DNA of 64,000 nucleotides from a virus: positions 1-64,000 of IMG/VR virus record IMGVR_UViG_3300014874_000001. The stretch is one strand, 5' to 3'. The notes beneath the pieces are model-generated. The model ran no database searches, was not told the origin of the DNA, and saw nothing but the letters and a program-made list of their open reading frames with translations. Below are positions 7,779 through 16,096 of this stretch, piece after piece (the stretch's first letter is position 1; the number at the start of each line of letters is the position of its first letter). The translations under genes were made by a program, and so were the position numbers.

Positions 7779-7863
7779 TTGCCATGCTCGACAGGAGACG
7801 GTCTGGGTAGAGTTACAGGACCTCCTAAACTCAATCGCCCTCGAACCTGGAGAAGCGTTCTAG
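7633..7863 (+). CDS. Possible small zinc-ribbon protein overlapping the deaminase 3' end (start uncertain)
   Basis: C-terminal part of track ORF 7357..7863: ...PRCRLCQRPVESIRVEPDVGKGMLKVTASCHARQETVWVELQDLLNSIALEPGEAF. Third-position GC is higher than in the two competing frames by my count. Its TAG overlaps the polymerase GTG (TAGTG). The TTG 7633 start is a guess. Confidence 0.35.
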   Translation: MRYSNKPEYESNDGPLIIPLPRCRLCQRPVESIRVEPDVGKGMLKVTASCHARQETVWVELQDLLNSIALEPGEAF

Positions 7864-10412
7864 TGCCCTCGCTGAATCCCGCCTGTACGAAGTGTCCGCT
7901 ACATAAAACAACGGACGGTACCGTCTGTCTGGCAGGCGAGGGGCCGCGCAACGCGACGGTCATGGTCGTTGGGGAAGCTCCGGGCCGCGAAGAAGAGAGG
8001 ACTGGCCGCCCGTTCATGGGTGCCAGCGGACAGAAACTCAGAGCGGAGTTACGGAAAAATGGATTGGATGGGGATGTTTTTATTACTAACGTGGTACGCT
8101 GCCGTCCTCCTGATAATCGTACACCGGCCGCTGCGGAGATCAAGGCGTGCCGAGAGTACTTGGACTACGAGATCGCGCGCATTAAGCCCGAGATTGTCGT
8201 TTCGCTTGGGGCCACGCCCACGAAAGCGCTCTTCAAAGGGGTCGCAGCGGTAACGAAGCACCACGGCAAGCTAATTCCCCCGGACAAACACCCGTTCACA
8301 GGGTACGTCTCCTACCACCCAGCGGCGATGCTCTACGATCCGGGCAAGGAGGTAGACTTCCAACAAGACATCGCTCGGCTCGCGCGGATCGCCCGGGACG
8401 AACCCCCGCCCGACAATACGCTGAACTGGGCAATTCTCCGTCGAGGGAACCTCCAGAAGTTCCTCCGTGAGTTTCGCGAGGCGCCTGAGTTCTCCTTCGA
8501 CCTGGAAACCTCTGGCCTTTTCATGCACGACGGACAGGGGTGGATTAACTGCGTCGGGATCGGGCTGCAGAACCGCACATGGGTTATTCCACGAATGCGA
8601 CCGGGCTGGTATCCGTCGCGAGCGAACTCGAAAAAGCTCAAGTTCCACCGAGGCTCCCCGTGGTGTCGGGGGAAGTCCTTCGAGTTTCTCATGCGGATGA
8701 TTATCGGCATGGCGATCCGAGGGAACAAAGGCGTTATCGCTCAGAACGGCAAATTCGATAACCTGTGGCTCCAGCGCTACGTCAACCGTCGGTTTAAGAT
8801 TACGTTCGATACGATGCTCGCGAGTCATACGCTCGATGAGAATGAAGAGCATGATCTTAAGTCGATGTCCCGCAAGTATCTCGACGTGCCCGAGTATGAT
8901 CTGACGACGGCCGAGAAGCGCGGCATTGTCGATCCGATGAAGCTGTTCCAGTATAACGCTCGGGACTGCGGCTATACGCTTCGGCTAAAACACGTCTTCC
9001 AGAAGAAGCTGGAGGAAGAGGAGAGCCAGTTCCGGCTGTTCTATGAGCTCGTCATGCCAGCCGTCCGGGCAATGGAGGATATCGAGCTAGAGGGCAAGAC
9101 GATGAACGTCACGGCCCTAGAAGAACTCGGACTCGACCTTCTGTCCCGCGAGATCAAGCTTAAGCATGACCTCAAGGCCCTCGTCGGTGGAAAGGAGGTT
9201 AACTGGAATTCGCCGAAGCAGGTCGGTGCGATTCTCTATGGGGACCTCGGGATCAAGTGCGTAGCGTTTACGGCTAAGGGCGCGCCGTCTACGGGCGAGA
9301 CCGCGATCCTAGACCTCAAGGGTAAGCATCCAATCGTCGACAAACTCATCGAAGTCCGCGAAGTCTCGAAATTCAGGAGTACGTATGTTATCGGATTCCA
9401 GAAACTCATGGTCGAGGACAAGCTCTACATTTCATACAAAATCCACGGAACAGTTACAGGTCGATATGCCTCGCGTATACACTCGATCCCACGCGACGGG
9501 TCCGTTCGGAATCTGGTTATCGCGCCACCGGGCTGGAAATTTTTCCAAGCGGATATCTCTCAAGCCGAACTCCGAATCATAGCCCAGATGTCGGGCGACC
9601 TCGAAATGAGAAAGTGCTTTACCGAGGGAATAGACATCCACTGGCGGACGATGATGTTCGCGATCGCGGCCGGGTATATCTCGGGAGAGTACGCCCAGCG
9701 GGTAATCGACACAGCCGAGAAGACCACCGGAAAGAAAATGCGGATATCGGAAGCGTGCGACGAGCTACTGAAGATAGGCCACGAGGCCGCGATCAAGATT
9801 TGGCCTGGTTGGAAAGAGGCCCGGAAGAAAGCGAAGGCGATCAACTTCGGATACGTCTATGGAATGTACGAGAAGAAGTTCATACTCACCGCGAAAACCA
9901 AATACGGTTGGGAGCCAACATGGGACGAGGCACACGCTTGCAGGGAAGGCTACTTTCAACTCTACAGCGATTTACCCCGCTGGCACGACAAGCAAAAGAA
10001 ACTCGTGAAGCTGAACGGTTTCGTGAGGACCTTCTTTGGCCGTCGCAGACGGCTACCGGGGATCGAATCGAGCGAGAAGGGACTTCGCATGGAAGCCGAG
10101 AGACAGGCGATCAATTCTCCGGTTCAAGGTACGATTGGTGACTGGAAGGCGGCCGTCCTCGTCGAAATCCACGAGACCCTCGATCGCGATAAGCTCAGGC
10201 TAGTCGGAGAACACCACGACGCGCTCCTTGGCCTGATTCGCGACGGCTGCGAAGACGAGATGCTGCCGCAGGTAATCAAGATTATACGCAAGCCTCGGTT
10301 GCTTCAGAAGTTCAAGGTCCGCATGGAGATACCGATGGACGGAGAGATCGAGATAGGTCCGTGGGGCGCCGGGAAAGCATACAAGCTTCCAATTACAAAG
10401 AAAGTCGCGTAG
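7863..10412 (+). CDS. Family-4 uracil-DNA-glycosylase domain fused to 3'-5' exonuclease and family A DNA polymerase
   Basis: UDG4: CTKCPL, GEAPGREEERTGRPFMGASG, VVRCRPPDNRTPAAAEIKAC (4 Fe-S Cys), HHG, YHPAAMLY. Exo: FSFDLETSGL, AQNGKFDNLWL, YNARDCGYT. Pol: FFQADISQAELRI (A), RKKAKAINFGYVYGM (B), GEHHDAL (C). Start set at GTG 7863 because the 7779-7862 extension has low GC3. Confidence 0.9.
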   Translation: MPSLNPACTKCPLHKTTDGTVCLAGEGPRNATVMVVGEAPGREEERTGRPFMGASGQKLRAELRKNGLDGDVFITNVVRCRPPDNRTPAAAEIKACREYLDYEIARIKPEIVVSLGATPTKALFKGVAAVTKHHGKLIPPDKHPFTGYVSYHPAAMLYDPGKEVDFQQDIARLARIARDEPPPDNTLNWAILRRGNLQKFLREFREAPEFSFDLETSGLFMHDGQGWINCVGIGLQNRTWVIPRMRPGWYPSRANSKKLKFHRGSPWCRGKSFEFLMRMIIGMAIRGNKGVIAQNGKFDNLWLQRYVNRRFKITFDTMLASHTLDENEEHDLKSMSRKYLDVPEYDLTTAEKRGIVDPMKLFQYNARDCGYTLRLKHVFQKKLEEEESQFRLFYELVMPAVRAMEDIELEGKTMNVTALEELGLDLLSREIKLKHDLKALVGGKEVNWNSPKQVGAILYGDLGIKCVAFTAKGAPSTGETAILDLKGKHPIVDKLIEVREVSKFRSTYVIGFQKLMVEDKLYISYKIHGTVTGRYASRIHSIPRDGSVRNLVIAPPGWKFFQADISQAELRIIAQMSGDLEMRKCFTEGIDIHWRTMMFAIAAGYISGEYAQRVIDTAEKTTGKKMRISEACDELLKIGHEAAIKIWPGWKEARKKAKAINFGYVYGMYEKKFILTAKTKYGWEPTWDEAHACREGYFQLYSDLPRWHDKQKKLVKLNGFVRTFFGRRRRLPGIESSEKGLRMEAERQAINSPVQGTIGDWKAAVLVEIHETLDRDKLRLVGEHHDALLGLIRDGCEDEMLPQVIKIIRKPRLLQKFKVRMEIPMDGEIEIGPWGAGKAYKLPITKKVA

Positions 10413-10495
10413 ACTTCGCAGATCGGCTTCAAAAGTATCTGTAACTGCTAAACACATTTCGCCGGAAAACAACCCTCGCGGCCGGGAGTAGAAAA

Positions 10496-11506
10496 ATGCC
10501 ACGTGTCTCGTATAGCGAAATTCGCCAAGCCAGGAAGTGCCCCAAGGCTTGGGACTACCGGTATCGACAGAACCTCAAGCGCCGGAAGCCGTCACGGCCT
10601 GCGTTCATCGGTACGATCCTCCACGAGATGATCGACGTGTGGATCAAGGCTCGGATTCTCCCGAATTACATGAACGACCCCTGGAAAATTCTCGCTAAGT
10701 ACCAGAGGGAGTACAAGGAACTGTTCAAGTCCGAGCGGGAGGAGTTCGGCGACGTTCCCCTAGTCGCGGAGAAGCTGTTCGAGAGCTACCTGCGGCGCTG
10801 GAGGAAAGACGGTCTGATCTACGAGTACAGCGAGGCTCCCATTATCACGGACCTCACGAAAGAGATCCGCCTGATCGGTTTCATCGATGCGATCGTCCGC
10901 GATAAGGGCGGCCGCCGGTTCCTTATCGACCACAAATTCAACAGGGTGATTCCGGGGCCTGCGGATCGGTTCTCGGATATCCAGACTCTACTCTACTACT
11001 GGGCCTGGAACCAGACACACAAGAAGGAAGACCAGATCGACGGTATCCTCTGGGACTACGGCCGGATGAAGATGCCCGCCGTCCCCGAGCTGCTTAAGAA
11101 CGGGCAGCTAACGAAGCGGGCGAATATCGACACCGATCAGCACACCTACCTCGAAGCTATCAAGGAGCACGACCTCAACCCAAAACACTATCGTGATATT
11201 CTCGATAAGCTGGAGGGCAAGGAGCGGTCGTTCTTCGAGCGCGTTCCGCTACCGGCCCCGAACAAGAAGATGGTCGAGAGTGTCGTGGAGGACGCCCGGG
11301 CGACGGCCGTGATCCGAAAGTCCCTAGGAGCAATCGCGCCGAGGCACATGTCGGGATTCAACTGCAAGACCTGTGACTTCCGTTCGCTCTGCGAGGCAGA
11401 GGTACGGGGTCTGGACGCGGACTTCGTAAGGAAGCGCGATTATACCATCCAAGAACATCAAGGAGATTGGGGCGATGCCGAAGAAAGTGTTGAAGAAGCG
11501 GCTTAA
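10496..11506 (+). CDS. PD-(D/E)XK nuclease, Cas4/RecB-like with Fe-S cysteines
   Basis: N-terminal ARKCPKAW Cys plus C-terminal FNCKTCDFRSLCEAE. IGFIDAIV...FLIDHKF nuclease core. Confidence 0.75.
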   Translation: MPRVSYSEIRQARKCPKAWDYRYRQNLKRRKPSRPAFIGTILHEMIDVWIKARILPNYMNDPWKILAKYQREYKELFKSEREEFGDVPLVAEKLFESYLRRWRKDGLIYEYSEAPIITDLTKEIRLIGFIDAIVRDKGGRRFLIDHKFNRVIPGPADRFSDIQTLLYYWAWNQTHKKEDQIDGILWDYGRMKMPAVPELLKNGQLTKRANIDTDQHTYLEAIKEHDLNPKHYRDILDKLEGKERSFFERVPLPAPNKKMVESVVEDARATAVIRKSLGAIAPRHMSGFNCKTCDFRSLCEAEVRGLDADFVRKRDYTIQEHQGDWGDAEESVEEAA

Positions 11507-12329
11507 AGACAAGAAGTCTCGCGTGGTCCGGGGGATCAAGTCGATCGGGGAGCTGGCCGAGAATATCGTTGCGCTGTTTTACGGGAAGTCCGGCCGAGGC
11601 AAGACGAAGACGGCGGCGACGTTCCCCGGGCCGATCCTTTTCATAGACATCAACAACGAGAAGGGGCTCAAGACCGTACGGAACGTCAAGAACGTCGAGG
11701 TTGCCAAGGTCAAGTCCTGGGAGGACTTCCTCGATCTCTACTGGCATCTACGAGACGGGCAGAAGTACAAGACGATCGTTCTCGATCAGATCACGGGTCT
11801 CCAGGATCTTTGTATGAAGGCGGTACGCGAGCACTTCCGCATGGATGAGGACGAACCTTTTCAGGGCTTCAAGAAGTGGGGTAAGCTCTCGGGCGATATG
11901 AAGACCTGGCTCCAGTCATATCGTGAGCTCTCCGACCTCTATCACGTCGTCTTTCTAGCCCACGAGCGAGCGTTCGACTCCTCTGAGGGTGAGGAGGGAG
12001 ACCTGGATCCGTCAGTAGGGGCTCGGGTACTCCCCTCCATCGGCGACTTCGTAGCAGGAGCCTGCGATATCATCGGACAGAGCTATATCCGGAAGATCAA
12101 GGAGAAGAGCAAGAAGACCGGAAAGCCACTCATCCATACCGAGTACTGTATGCGTATAGGCCCCCATCCGGTCTACACAACCAAGATTCGACGACCGCCT
12201 GAGTTCGGCCAGCTACCGGAATTCATCGTCGATCCCTCTTACCAGAAACTCGTGGCCATCGAGGCTGGTGAGAATTTCAACCACGTGGTAAAGAAGGAGA
12301 AGAAGCATGGCAAAGTCGAAGCCCGTTAA
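11475..12329 (+). CDS. Sak4-like RecA-fold ATPase (AAA_24)
   Basis: FYGKSGRGKTKTAATFPGPILFIDINNEKG ... YKTIVLDQITGLQDL. Confidence 0.7.
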   Translation: MPKKVLKKRLKDKKSRVVRGIKSIGELAENIVALFYGKSGRGKTKTAATFPGPILFIDINNEKGLKTVRNVKNVEVAKVKSWEDFLDLYWHLRDGQKYKTIVLDQITGLQDLCMKAVREHFRMDEDEPFQGFKKWGKLSGDMKTWLQSYRELSDLYHVVFLAHERAFDSSEGEEGDLDPSVGARVLPSIGDFVAGACDIIGQSYIRKIKEKSKKTGKPLIHTEYCMRIGPHPVYTTKIRRPPEFGQLPEFIVDPSYQKLVAIEAGENFNHVVKKEKKHGKVEAR

Positions 12330-13215
12330 GAAGGGCAAGAAGAAGAAATCAGTCACCGTATCGATGTCCGGCGTCGAGTCCGGCGGCCGTTCAATCGAAG
12401 ACGGATGGGCTCATGGCCGAATCAAGGAGGCCGAGCTGGGAACATCCTCGAACGACAACGAGATGTTCAAACTGAAGTGGGAAGTAACCCGCGGCAAGGA
12501 GAAGGCCACCGTCTTCGACCAGCTCGTGCTCACCCCGAGCGCTCTCTGGAAGACGAAGACTCTGCTCGAAGCCTGCGGCGTCGAAGTCCCCGACGACGAC
12601 ATGGACCTGAACGAGGAGATGTTCGTCGATCTGGAGTGCGATGTCGAAATCCTCAACGAGGAGTACGAGGACAAGATTCGGCCCCGGATCAACGGATTCC
12701 GTCCTGCCGGTGACGAGGAAGACGAGGACGAAGAGGAGGACGATGACGAGGAGGAGGAACGTCCCAAGTCCAAGTCGCGCGGCGACGTGAAGAAGTCCAA
12801 GAAGTCGGATGACGAGGACGATGACGAAGACGAAGAAGACGATGATGAGGAGGACGACGACTCCGACGATGACGATGATGAGGAGGACGACGACGATGAC
12901 GACGAGCCTCCACCCAAGAAAAAGAAGAAGTCCAAACCCATCGAAGACGATGAGGATGAGGATGAGGACGACGAAGACGACGAGGATGACGACGAGGACG
13001 AAGACGAAGATGACGACGAGGAGGAAGAGGCCCCCAAGAAGAAGAGCAAAAAGGCCAAGAAGAAACTCCGCGCCGGGATGAAGGTCAAGTTCAAGGACGA
13101 CAAGGGCAAGGCCAAGTCCGGTGTCATTACGTCAATCGACGACGACACGATCTACGTCGAGGACTCCAAGCAGACCGAATGGGAGCTGGAAGAAAGCGAG
13201 ATCGAGCTAGTCTAG
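12307..13215 (+). CDS. DUF669-like ssDNA-binding protein with ~105-aa Asp/Glu tract and small C-terminal beta domain
   Basis: N-terminus IEDGWAHGRIKEAELGTSSNDNEMFKLKWEVTRGKEKATVFDQLVLTPSALWKTKTLLEACG fits the DUF669 pattern and its usual position after Sak4. Acidic tract, then LRAGMKVKFKDDKGKAKSGVITSIDDDTIYVED. Confidence 0.6.
   Translation: MAKSKPVKKGKKKKSVTVSMSGVESGGRSIEDGWAHGRIKEAELGTSSNDNEMFKLKWEVTRGKEKATVFDQLVLTPSALWKTKTLLEACGVEVPDDDMDLNEEMFVDLECDVEILNEEYEDKIRPRINGFRPAGDEEDEDEEEDDDEEEERPKSKSRGDVKKSKKSDDEDDDEDEEDDDEEDDDSDDDDDEEDDDDDDEPPPKKKKKSKPIEDDEDEDEDDEDDEDDDEDEDEDDDEEEEAPKKKSKKAKKKLRAGMKVKFKDDKGKAKSGVITSIDDDTIYVEDSKQTEWELEESEIELV
12712..13030 (+). repeat. GAN-codon low-complexity tract (poly Asp/Glu with two Lys-rich interruptions)
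   Basis: Direct reading of gac/gag/gaa/gat runs. It generates the antisense poly-Ser shadow ORF 12411..13148. Confidence 0.9.
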
Positions 13216-13219
13216 TCTC

Positions 13220-14596
13220 GTGATCCTGACTGAGTTAAGACCGCATCAAGAGGAGGCCGTCGCCCGCTCGTTGGAGCACGACGGCTTCGCTCTTTTCCCC
13301 GAGCAGAGAACCGGGAAGTGCTTAATTGCGCTCGCGGTAGCCGATGCCCGGAAGCCCGATGTCCTCTTTATCGTCTGTCCGAAGAAGGCCATCAGGGTTT
13401 GGAGACAGCAGCTCGAAGAACATATCAAACCGGACTGGCCTTGCGAAAAGGTTATCATCCACTATGAGGCTCTATGCCGATCCGCAAAGGATCGACGCTG
13501 GTGGCGTAATCGGTTTCGCAAGACCTGGGCGGATAAGAAGATACTCATTATCGTAGACGAGGGACACAGAATCAAGGGTCGGGGGTCGCTCCAATCCTCT
13601 ATGATTCGCTCACTCGGACGGATGTCGAAGTTCCGTCTGCTCCTAACCGGGACGCCCGTCGACAAGGTCCGCGAAGACGCCTGGGCAATTATGGATTTCG
13701 TTGAGCATGGGGCTATGGAAGACTCGTGGGAAGAGTTCTCCGACATGTATCTGAAGTTCGACGTCCAGCAGAACAAGAAGTCCAGACGCTTCTATAAAGT
13801 CATCACAGGGTACCGTAACTCAAAGAGGTTCCGGAGCATCTTCCAGAAGTACAGCTATCGGGTAACTCTACGTGAAGCCCAAAGGAGGTCCGGACGCCGC
13901 CCCTACCTCGCGACGAGGCGCGTTGTTCGGTTCGACCTTAAGCCCGATAGCCGTAGGGTCTACAACGAGCTAGAGCGCGACCTACAGACCGAGGTTCGCA
14001 AGAAGAAGGTGAGCACGCCGCTCGTAATCACGTTGGTCTCGAAGCTCCAACAGCTTACCGGTGGGTACCTGATTCATAAGGAACCCGTATTCGATGAAGA
14101 GGGGATACCCGTCCTCTCCCCTAGGGGAAAGCCGAAAATAATCAAAAGCATCATTCCCATTGGCCGGGAGAAACTGATAGAGTTAGTGAAAGTCGTAAAA
14201 GCGTTTCCGAAGAAAAAGAAGCTAGTTATATGCGTCCAGTACACACACGAGATCGAACGCATCGGCCGTCAGATAGAGAGGCTGGGACGCTCGTGGAAGA
14301 GACTGGCGGGGGGAGAGTACTTCGACGGCAAGTTCGACACCGATACTATCCTGATGCAAATACGGTCTGGAGAGGCGGTGGACCTAGCGGCGGCCAATAC
14401 CTTCCTCATGTATAGTTGGGACTATTCCAATATCAGCCATGAACAGGCGAAGTTTCGAGTTCTGGAATTCGCCAGCCGTAGGGTAAACTACATTTACTTC
14501 ATGGCAAACGAGAGTATCGACGAGCAGATTTACGAGGCAGTCCGAAAGAAGAAGAGCATAGCGCGTCTAGTTATCGACAAGCATCGGCGGAAGTAA
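13220..14596 (+). CDS. SNF2-family helicase
   Basis: LRPHQEEAV, EQRTGKC, IIVDEGHRIKG (DEGH), LLLTGTPV. Confidence 0.8.
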   Translation: MILTELRPHQEEAVARSLEHDGFALFPEQRTGKCLIALAVADARKPDVLFIVCPKKAIRVWRQQLEEHIKPDWPCEKVIIHYEALCRSAKDRRWWRNRFRKTWADKKILIIVDEGHRIKGRGSLQSSMIRSLGRMSKFRLLLTGTPVDKVREDAWAIMDFVEHGAMEDSWEEFSDMYLKFDVQQNKKSRRFYKVITGYRNSKRFRSIFQKYSYRVTLREAQRRSGRRPYLATRRVVRFDLKPDSRRVYNELERDLQTEVRKKKVSTPLVITLVSKLQQLTGGYLIHKEPVFDEEGIPVLSPRGKPKIIKSIIPIGREKLIELVKVVKAFPKKKKLVICVQYTHEIERIGRQIERLGRSWKRLAGGEYFDGKFDTDTILMQIRSGEAVDLAAANTFLMYSWDYSNISHEQAKFRVLEFASRRVNYIYFMANESIDEQIYEAVRKKKSIARLVIDKHRRK

Positions 14597-14597
14597 G

Positions 14598-15050
14598 ATG
14601 AAGATGTCAAAGGTACTCGAAGCAATCCAGAGGGAGCTGAAGAAGCCTCTACCGGAGCCTAGAGTTGTTGTAACCAAGAAGGAGAAAACGAAGATGGCCA
14701 AGAAAGCAAAGAAAGTGGAAGAGGACGACGAGGACACCGGTCGCGACGAGTCCGACGAGGATGAGGGCGACGAGGACGACGAGGAGGAGGAAGCTCCCAA
14801 GGCCAAGAAGGGCAAGAAAGCTGCCAAGGCCGCGAAGGGTGGCAAGTCCGCCAAGAAGTCGAAGTCCAAAAACGGGGACGACGATGGCGGCGTCTCGATC
14901 CAGGACCTGGCCGAAGAGGCCGGGATCAACGCGCAGTCCGCACGCGTGAAGCTCCGCGACGCCGAGTTGGGCAAGCCCGACGGCGGCCGGTGGCGCTGGA
15001 AGGAAGGGTCCAAGGACCTGAAGGCCGCGCGCAAGGCGCTCGGTCTCTGA
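14598..15050 (+). CDS. Charged Lys/Asp/Glu-rich protein with conserved C-terminal ~50-aa module (paralog family member 1)
   Basis: KAKKGKKAAKAAKGGKSAKKSKSK, then VSIQDLAEEAGINAQSARVKLRDAELGKPDGGRWRWKEGSKDLKAARKAL. Compare 53626..53895 and 58546..59046. Confidence 0.7.
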   Translation: MKMSKVLEAIQRELKKPLPEPRVVVTKKEKTKMAKKAKKVEEDDEDTGRDESDEDEGDEDDEEEEAPKAKKGKKAAKAAKGGKSAKKSKSKNGDDDGGVSIQDLAEEAGINAQSARVKLRDAELGKPDGGRWRWKEGSKDLKAARKALGL

Positions 15051-15147
15051 TCGGCCTAGGGCGTGGGACACCGTTCCGAGGCAGACGTTATGAGCCCTGC
15101 CTCCCGCCAGCGAGTACGCCGCGGCGCGCCCTTTCTCTAGGAGAGCA

Positions 15148-15408
15148 ATGATGGCTCGTGGAAAGAATACCAGAAAGAACGACGGCACGCTCACCGTCTA
15201 TCTCAACTCCAAACGCTCAACGACCGACGAGCAAGAAAGACGAGCGGCACGAGACGGCGGCGCCGTACCAAAGGGTCAGCCGCACTACCGAGGCGATCTG
15301 AAGATCGGAACCCAAGAGTTCGAGATTTCACTGTGGGTCAAAACAAAAGTACCCGCCACGGCGGCACCCATGCGTCTCACGGGTGAAGTGACTCTCAAAC
15401 CGGAATGA
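15148..15408 (+). CDS. Hypothetical protein (86 aa)
   Basis: Track ORF. AGGAGA upstream. Confidence 0.55.
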   Translation: MMARGKNTRKNDGTLTVYLNSKRSTTDEQERRAARDGGAVPKGQPHYRGDLKIGTQEFEISLWVKTKVPATAAPMRLTGEVTLKPE

Positions 15409-15803
15409 ACCGCAGGGGCTTTCTCAAGCAAGTCGGAGGTGCCGTCATCGCGACGGCGCTTCCTTTGCCTGTGGTTCCAGAGACCGTTCCGATCGAAGTG
15501 GTCGGGGACTCAATGGCGAAGGCACTCGCCGCCTCGATGCTCCAAACTAAGGAGGTCATCGGTGCTCGCATCATGTCCTCCGCGGAGTTCCGACTGCTTA
15601 TGACCTCAACCTTGAACAAGGTCTTCGACGATATCTATAAGAACTCCGAGTGGGAAAAGGTTTTCGCATGTCAGAAACAAACCTCTGGAAGTGGCTCCAC
15701 CCCTATTGCCCGCAGGGACACTATACCAGGGTTGAGAACGGAGAGACCGGCCCCGGCACTCCCGACGTCAATTATCGAATTGCCAAAGTCGAGGGCTGGC
15801 TAG
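15405..15803 (+). CDS. Hypothetical protein with twin-arginine (Tat)-like signal peptide
   Basis: MNRRGFLKQVGGAVIATALPLP contains RRxFLK plus a hydrophobic stretch. ATGA overlap with the upstream gene. The last ~45 codons overprint the next gene. Confidence 0.5.
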   Translation: MNRRGFLKQVGGAVIATALPLPVVPETVPIEVVGDSMAKALAASMLQTKEVIGARIMSSAEFRLLMTSTLNKVFDDIYKNSEWEKVFACQKQTSGSGSTPIARRDTIPGLRTERPAPALPTSIIELPKSRAG

Positions 15804-16096
15804 AGCTCAAGGACGCTCAGCATCCAAACGCCGAGGTCCCGTTCAAGGACGAACGGACCGGGCTCCACAAAAGTCAAAAGACTTGGATACGAGAGCACGT
15901 CAAGTACGGCGGCCTCGTTCACATCGTCGCGCGTGTCGGCGATCGCATCTACTTCATCCCCGGAAAGTTTGGTGACTCCTTCAACGGAGCACCTCTTCAC
16001 CGACTCAAATTCTTTTCAGTTCTGATCCTAGAACAAAGCGATCCAGGCTACGCCCTGAAGAAACTAAAACAAACCCTGGAAGGAGAGAGACAATGA
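15668..16096 (+). CDS. VRR-NUC / PD-(D/E)XK nuclease (resolvase-like)
   Basis: GPGTPDVNY...GWLELKD...LHKSQKTWIREHVKYGGLVHIV. Confidence 0.7.
   Translation: MSETNLWKWLHPYCPQGHYTRVENGETGPGTPDVNYRIAKVEGWLELKDAQHPNAEVPFKDERTGLHKSQKTWIREHVKYGGLVHIVARVGDRIYFIPGKFGDSFNGAPLHRLKFFSVLILEQSDPGYALKKLKQTLEGERQ

Noticed and set aside
7779-7862. TTG 7779 as the polymerase start (the longest ORF).
   Set aside because: Third-position GC is low in the polymerase frame here (about 10 of 28 by my count) and higher in the overlapping frame. GTG 7863 overlaps that frame's stop, and the UDG CxxC follows within 10 residues.
12411-13148. 245-aa poly-Ser ORF on the - strand, plus other long ORFs overlapping the acidic tract.
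   Set aside because: It is the antisense reading of GAN codons (TCN/GCT...). It is a shadow of the Asp/Glu tract, with no RBS or independent signal.
14649-15194. 181-aa and 155-aa - strand ORFs across 14567-15194.
   Set aside because: They are antisense shadows of the charged low-complexity gene 14598..15050.
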